Assembly: GCF_009914755.1 (NCBI RefSeq)
Contig: NC_060928.1
Source: the human T2T-CHM13v2.0 reference genome, Homo sapiens
Length of the DNA: 64,000 bases
Reading direction: 5' to 3' (one strand)
A model generated the notes under the pieces. That model did no database searches. It was not told the origin of the DNA and was given only the letters and a program-made list of their open reading frames with translations. A program made the translations under genes and the position numbers. The stretch's first letter is position 1, and every line of letters starts with the position of its first letter. Below, one piece after another: positions 58,834-64,000 of this stretch.

Positions 58834-60108
58834 ACCGCCCACAAACATCCAAATACTACCCTGGGGAGTGAGATGGGAGGAGAAAACCTGAAAAACTGAA
58901 GATTTTTCAGAATCCTTCAGGAAGACACTAAGATTTCTAAAGAAAATAGTAGGGTGTGGGAACCTGGCCTATACTCCTTTGATGAGCTTGAGGCAATTAG
59001 GTAAAAAGTTTGTCTTTACCTCTTCAAATCCCAGCTCCTCATCTTTCTCTCTGTGCCTTTCTCTGCAACAGAAAGACCAGATGAATGAGGCACGTGGCTA
59101 AAGAAGGGACTGAAACTTCCTCTAACAGAATATACTTGGTGCCATTGCAGTACAGGTGGACTTAAAGAACTGCCTGCCCCTTTTCCTATCCTCCCCTGCA
59201 TGTCTTTCTTCAAGACTCGACTTTTATATTATCTTGAAGACTTCATTCCCTTAGGTAGAATTTCACTTCTGGGCAAACTGTATTGTAATTATATGTCTTC
59301 ATGTCTATATTCATGAAGGCAGTGAGTCTATAAGATAGCACTTTCTGATTTACTGTTGTATCTCCAGTGACAAGTAAGGGCCTAATCTATAAAAAGCATT
59401 CAATAAACTGAATGAATAAATTAGTCATAGGTTGAAGCATCTGCATTGGAAACTATGACTTTTCAAGCTTAAACATTAAAAGGGGCATTCCATGAATGAA
59501 GAACCCATGAAATGTTAAGATCTTGACATCATAGCTGGGACATGTTTTGAGCCCAACAGTTGAGTGTAGGTCACTCTAATTTAAAGAGTTCTATGAAAGG
59601 TTTGAAAAACTGCTCTAAAACTTTATTAAAAGTGACTGTAACATATTGTATGCAGAGGAGACATTGCTTCTGGCCATTGCCCAGAACTCTTGGGAGAAGT
59701 GGATGAGAAAAAAATCAAATGACAGATTTATACAGTGCTTTACAGTTTATGAATTCTTTCCATAGGTTACTTCATTTGATACTCATAAAACACTGTGAAG
59801 TAGGCACAGATTTTTGTTCTCATTTTAGAGATATGAAAAGAGAGGGTCAGAGATGGTAAATGACTTGCCTAGGTCTCAGAGGCCTGTGCTTTTGTCATTT
59901 CACTTAGGCTCTGAAAAGATGCCATCTCTTCCACCTCTTTTATCTTTATTTTTATATGTCTGAGCAGAGCCAACATATAACTTCTGTGGTGGAATAATAA
60001 GAGCTAACATTTACCAAGTAGCCATTTTATGCCAGATGCTGAGTTAAACACTATTTGTGCATTGACTCATTTAATGCTAATAAAATGCATCATTATTGCT
60101 ATGGTTTG

Positions 60109-61072
60109 AAAAGATCTGGATAGACATTTCTTGAAAGACATACAAATGGGCAACAGATATATGAAAAAATGCTCAGCATCACTAGTCATCTGGGAAATTT
60201 AAATCAAAACCACAATGAGATATCATCTCGCCCCACTTAGAATGGCTTTTATAAAAAAGACAGGGAATAATGGATGCTGGTAAGGATGTGGAGAAAAAGC
60301 AACCCTCATACACTATTGGTGGGAATGTAAATTAGTACAGACACTATGGAGAACGGCGTGGAGGTTGCTTTAAAAACTAAAAGTAGAACTATTGTATGAT
60401 CCAGCAATTCCACTGCTGGGGATATATCCAAAAGAAAGGAAATCAATATATCAAGGGGATATCTGCACTCCCATGTTTACTATGGCACTATTCACAATAG
60501 CCAAAATATGGAGTCAACCTAAGTGCCCATCAATGGCAGACTGGATAAAGAAAATGTAATATACATACATAATGAAAGTTTTTTTAGATATAAAATGATG
60601 AAATCCTGTCATTTGCACTAACATGGATGGAACTGGAGGTCATTATGTTAAATGAAATAAGCCAAGCACAGAAAGACAAATATCATATGTTCTCACTTGT
60701 ATGTGGGAGCTGAAAAAGTGAATCTCATAAAGATAAAGAGTAGATTGGCGGTTGCCAGAGCCTGGGAACGGTATGGGGGAGAGAGGGATAAAGAGATATT
60801 GATCAATGGGTACAGATATACAGTTAGATGGAAGAAATAAGACCTGGTGTTCAATAGATCAGTAGGGTGGCTATACTTAACATTAATCTATTGCATATTT
60901 CAAAATAGCTAGAAGAGAATAGTTCAAGTATTTATAGCATAAAGAAATGATAAATATTTAAGGTGATGGATAGCCTAATTACCCTGATTTGATTATACAA
61001 ATATATTAAATTATCACACATACCCAGAAAAATATGTATCTATTATGTATCAAAATAAATAAATAAATAAAA
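60109..61072 (+). mobile_element. L1MA-type ORF2 end and 3' UTR with an (AAAT)n tail
   Basis: 'aaatcaaaaccacaatgagatatcatctc', 'gcatatttcaaaatagctagaagaga' and 'aaggtgatggatagcctaattaccctgatttgatt'. Confidence 0.9.
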
Positions 61073-62478
61073 GGTACAAAAGAAAAAAAATAAGCACATA
61101 AAATACTATATATAGTATGCCACAATTTGTGTGATAGAGGAAAAAAAGAATGTGCATACATTTATGTTTATAAATTCACAGAATCTTTCTGGACATACCT
61201 ATAATAAACTGGCATTAGAGGTAGTCTTAGGGAGAAAGATTAGGAAGCTGCACACAGCAGAGAAAGGAAGACTTACTTTTGACTGCATTCCATTTTGTGG
61301 TTTTAAAACTTTTTACTATATATCTATATAACCTCTTCACAATAAACAATACATTAAAACGAAATTAAATATAATAAAATTATGAGAATTTTTCTTTTTA
61401 AAAAGATTAACTTCTGTTCTTTATAAATTACTCATTCTGTTGTTATCTGTTACAGGAGCATAAAATTGACTAAGACAATTATTATCCCCATTTTATAGGT
61501 GTGGAAACCAACACATAAAGAAGTTAATCACCTTGTCCATGTTTGTGTAGCTGCTAAACAGCAGTGCTGGGTTTAGAATTTAGGCAGTCTGACTTCAGAG
61601 AACACACGCTTAACCAGCCGACTACATTGTCATGCAAGAATACAGGTTCTGAAGTTAGACCACCAAGGCTGGAATACTGGCTGTTACTCTTGCTAACTGG
61701 GTGGCCTTGGCCAAGAAATGTAATCTCTCTAAGCCTCAGTTTTCTGATTTATAAAATGAGATTAGAAGAATGAAATAAGCCATACCATCTGGCACACAGT
61801 AAATGTTTATCAAATATTAGTCATTTATTTTGTCATTTATTATTATTTATTCTGCTTTTCAGCCCTAGACCTGTTAATGGCAGACAGTGACAGAAAGTCA
61901 TTTCTGGAACTCTAAGAGTTTGGTCCATGAAATCAGAACACAACAGATGAGAAAAGAGCCCTGTAACTCACTCTAAGGAGGGAGAATAACTCTCGGGTTA
62001 CCAAAACTTGATGATAGCTTTAACAATAGAATGCCAAAAAGTGTGAGGATGAAAGAGCAGTTCTCAGCAAGGAAGTACATAAATATATACATTGATACAT
62101 GAATGCATGCATAATTCATTTAGAGTGGCAACACTTGGGTGTGTATGGCCAACACTGTCCAGGGAAGAGGACCTAACTTGGCTATCTCCTTTCTGGTGCT
62201 TGGAAGATACATCAATTAAGGATTAAGTATGGCTGCATAAAATACAATGCTGACTCCCATGACTTAACCCAGTGGAGGATCATTTTTCTCACATGGAAGT
62301 CTGGTGATAGACCATATGGGGCTGCTACTACCAGAGATCCAGCCACCTTCCATGTTTCTGCTTTGCTGTCGTTGGCTGTCATCCTCAGTTTGCCTCATGG
62401 TAACAAGATGGCTGTTATTCCTCTAGCTTCTGTGTATTCAGGTAGGAAGAAGAATAAATGAAGTACAAGAAAGAAGAA

Positions 62479-63858
<1,380 letters not shown>

Positions 63859-64000
63859 CCTATAGGTATAAAATTCACTGCTTATGCTATCCCAAGATCT
63901 GGCTGACTAACAATTATATTCTTACTGAAAATGAAGACATCTAACATGGTGTCTGAGCAAGAATTTTGGAGTCAGATCAACATTCAAAATGAACTCACCA

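Overview
This is an AT-rich, repeat-dense, apparently non-coding window from a hominid genome (human or another great ape). I found no protein-coding exon, tRNA, rRNA or CRISPR-like array. Every long ORF in the track is a LINE-1 ORF2 fragment, an Alu/LTR/simple-repeat reading frame, or a chance ORF. The main elements are two young L1PA2-grade insertions with intact target-site duplications (TSDs): 13547-15172, which has a short 3' transduction, and 53652-55983, which has a twin-priming inversion. There is also a complete CpG-rich LTR12C solo LTR (36763-38186, minus strand), LTR8, MER21, MLT2, THE1, MST and MLT1 LTRs, Ricksha, Kanga, Charlie and Tigger DNA-transposon relics, eight near-complete Alus, and many old L1, L2 and MIR pieces. 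Structure not explained by ordinary repeat insertion includes three short local duplications about 1.2-1.5 kb from their donors (one inverted), an almost perfect 40-bp-arm palindrome at 56530-56616, and an MST-type LTR whose middle appears replaced by an L1MA 3' end plus older sequence. The two young L1s also share non-CpG variants. Subfamily names are from recalled consensus sequences, not a database search, and old-element boundaries are approximate. I did not find a defensible new biological system; the findings are candidate mechanistic and regulatory oddities.
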